From Octopus bimaculoides (lineage: Eukaryota), in assembly GCF_001194135.2 (NCBI RefSeq), contig NC_068989.1:35507829-35539909 (forward strand): 32,081 nt of DNA. Reading direction: 5' to 3'. The notes under the pieces are model-generated. The model saw only the letters and a program-made list of their open reading frames with translations. It did not search any database and was not told the DNA's origin. Shown here in pieces: positions 31,185 through 32,081 of this stretch. The position numbers and the translations under genes were made by a program. Position 1 is the first letter of the stretch. Every line of letters begins with the position of its first letter.

Positions 31185-31379
31185 TCCTTGATTTGATTCT
31201 ATGATACAAACTTTATGCTTTGAAGAGATCTCAATTATAACCTTGCATCAAAATTTCATGCTACTTTATGTTCTAAATACTAGTTTAATAATGACTATTA
31301 TTTTACTGAATTCTTCATTATTTTCAAAATGAATTGATATAAAGTCAGTCTATTTCAACAGAAATAATGAAAGAGTTAA
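31185..31379 (+). mobile_element. Degenerate copy of the TTAA MITE family
   Basis: CATCAAAATTTCATG..., TATTTCAACAGAAATA, and the end AAAGAGTTAA. Confidence 0.55.
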
Positions 31380-31499
31380 ATTTTAAAACATTTAGCTTTT
31401 CCAAACCAAAATTATAAAATGTTTAAATATCCATTGTAATTGAGGAAATGATAATAATAATAATAATAATTATAATAATAATAATAATAATAATAATAT

Positions 31500-31940
31500 T
31501 AATCTTTTCTGCTAAAGGTACAAGGCCTCAAATTTTTGGGGAGGGGACTAGTTGATTACATTGAACCAGTGTTCAACTGGTACTTAATTTATTCACCCTG
31601 AAAGATTGAAAGTCAAACTCGGCGGAATTTAAACTCACAACGTAGTGACGAACAAAATAACACTAAGCATTTCATCCAGCATGTTAATGATTCTGCCAGC
31701 TCACCACCTTAAGAATAATAATAATCTTTTCAAATTTTGCCACAAGGGCAGCAATTTTGGGGGAGAGGATGAGTTGATTACATCGACCCCAGTGTTCAAC
31801 TGGTACTTATTTTATCAACCCTGAAAGGATTGAAAGGCAGAGTTGATCTCAGTGGAATTTGAACTCAGAACAGTGACAGGCGAAATACTGCTGAGCATTT
31901 CATCCAGCATGCTAACGACTCTGCCAGCTCGTCACTTTGC
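31500..31940 (-). mobile_element. Two tandem SINE family S3 copies (about 31500-31712 and 31725-31940)
   Basis: Two reverse-complement S3 units separated by (AAT)n. Confidence 0.72.
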
Positions 31941-32081
31941 TTAATAATAATAATTGAGCAAATATAAAGATCTTGAGATAGAAATTAGCAAAATGTGGAA
32001 TCTGAAGACGAAAACAATACCTATTGTCATAGGTGCCCTGGGAATGACAGCGAAACGGGCTGATTACTTCCTAGCTCAGAT

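Overview
Eukaryotic, AT-rich, microsatellite-dense genomic DNA with five N gaps. The repeat families and gene structure look cephalopod (Octopus-like); this is an inference. The only host gene I can support is glycogen debranching enzyme (AGL/GDE) on the + strand: eight internal coding exons (570-687, 4215-4427, 7320-7459, 8143-8330, 11387-11510, 15602-15765, 21401-21502, 25892-26041; 1199 nt). They splice in phase into one uninterrupted reading frame covering the glucanotransferase catalytic motifs [14 protein letters not shown] and THDN. The last exon uses a GC donor. The start and end of the gene lie outside the window. The introns hold decayed mobile elements: a Penelope-like element, a mariner transposase, RTE LINEs, L1/Tx1-like fragments, an RT-less Ty3/gypsy remnant, several tRNA-derived SINE families and MITEs. 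The most interesting non-coding structure is a Penelope-like terminal module (tRNA-like head, microsatellite, minimal hammerhead ribozyme motif, AT tail) that inserted twice as a tail-out inverted structure with 12-14 bp target-site duplications. A second, unrelated hammerhead-like motif with a long stem II lies at 17050-17164, and a 109-bp fold-back MITE with a telomere-like loop lies at 10268-10376. All alignments and folds were done by eye; repeat boundaries are approximate unless a TSD or TIR is quoted.
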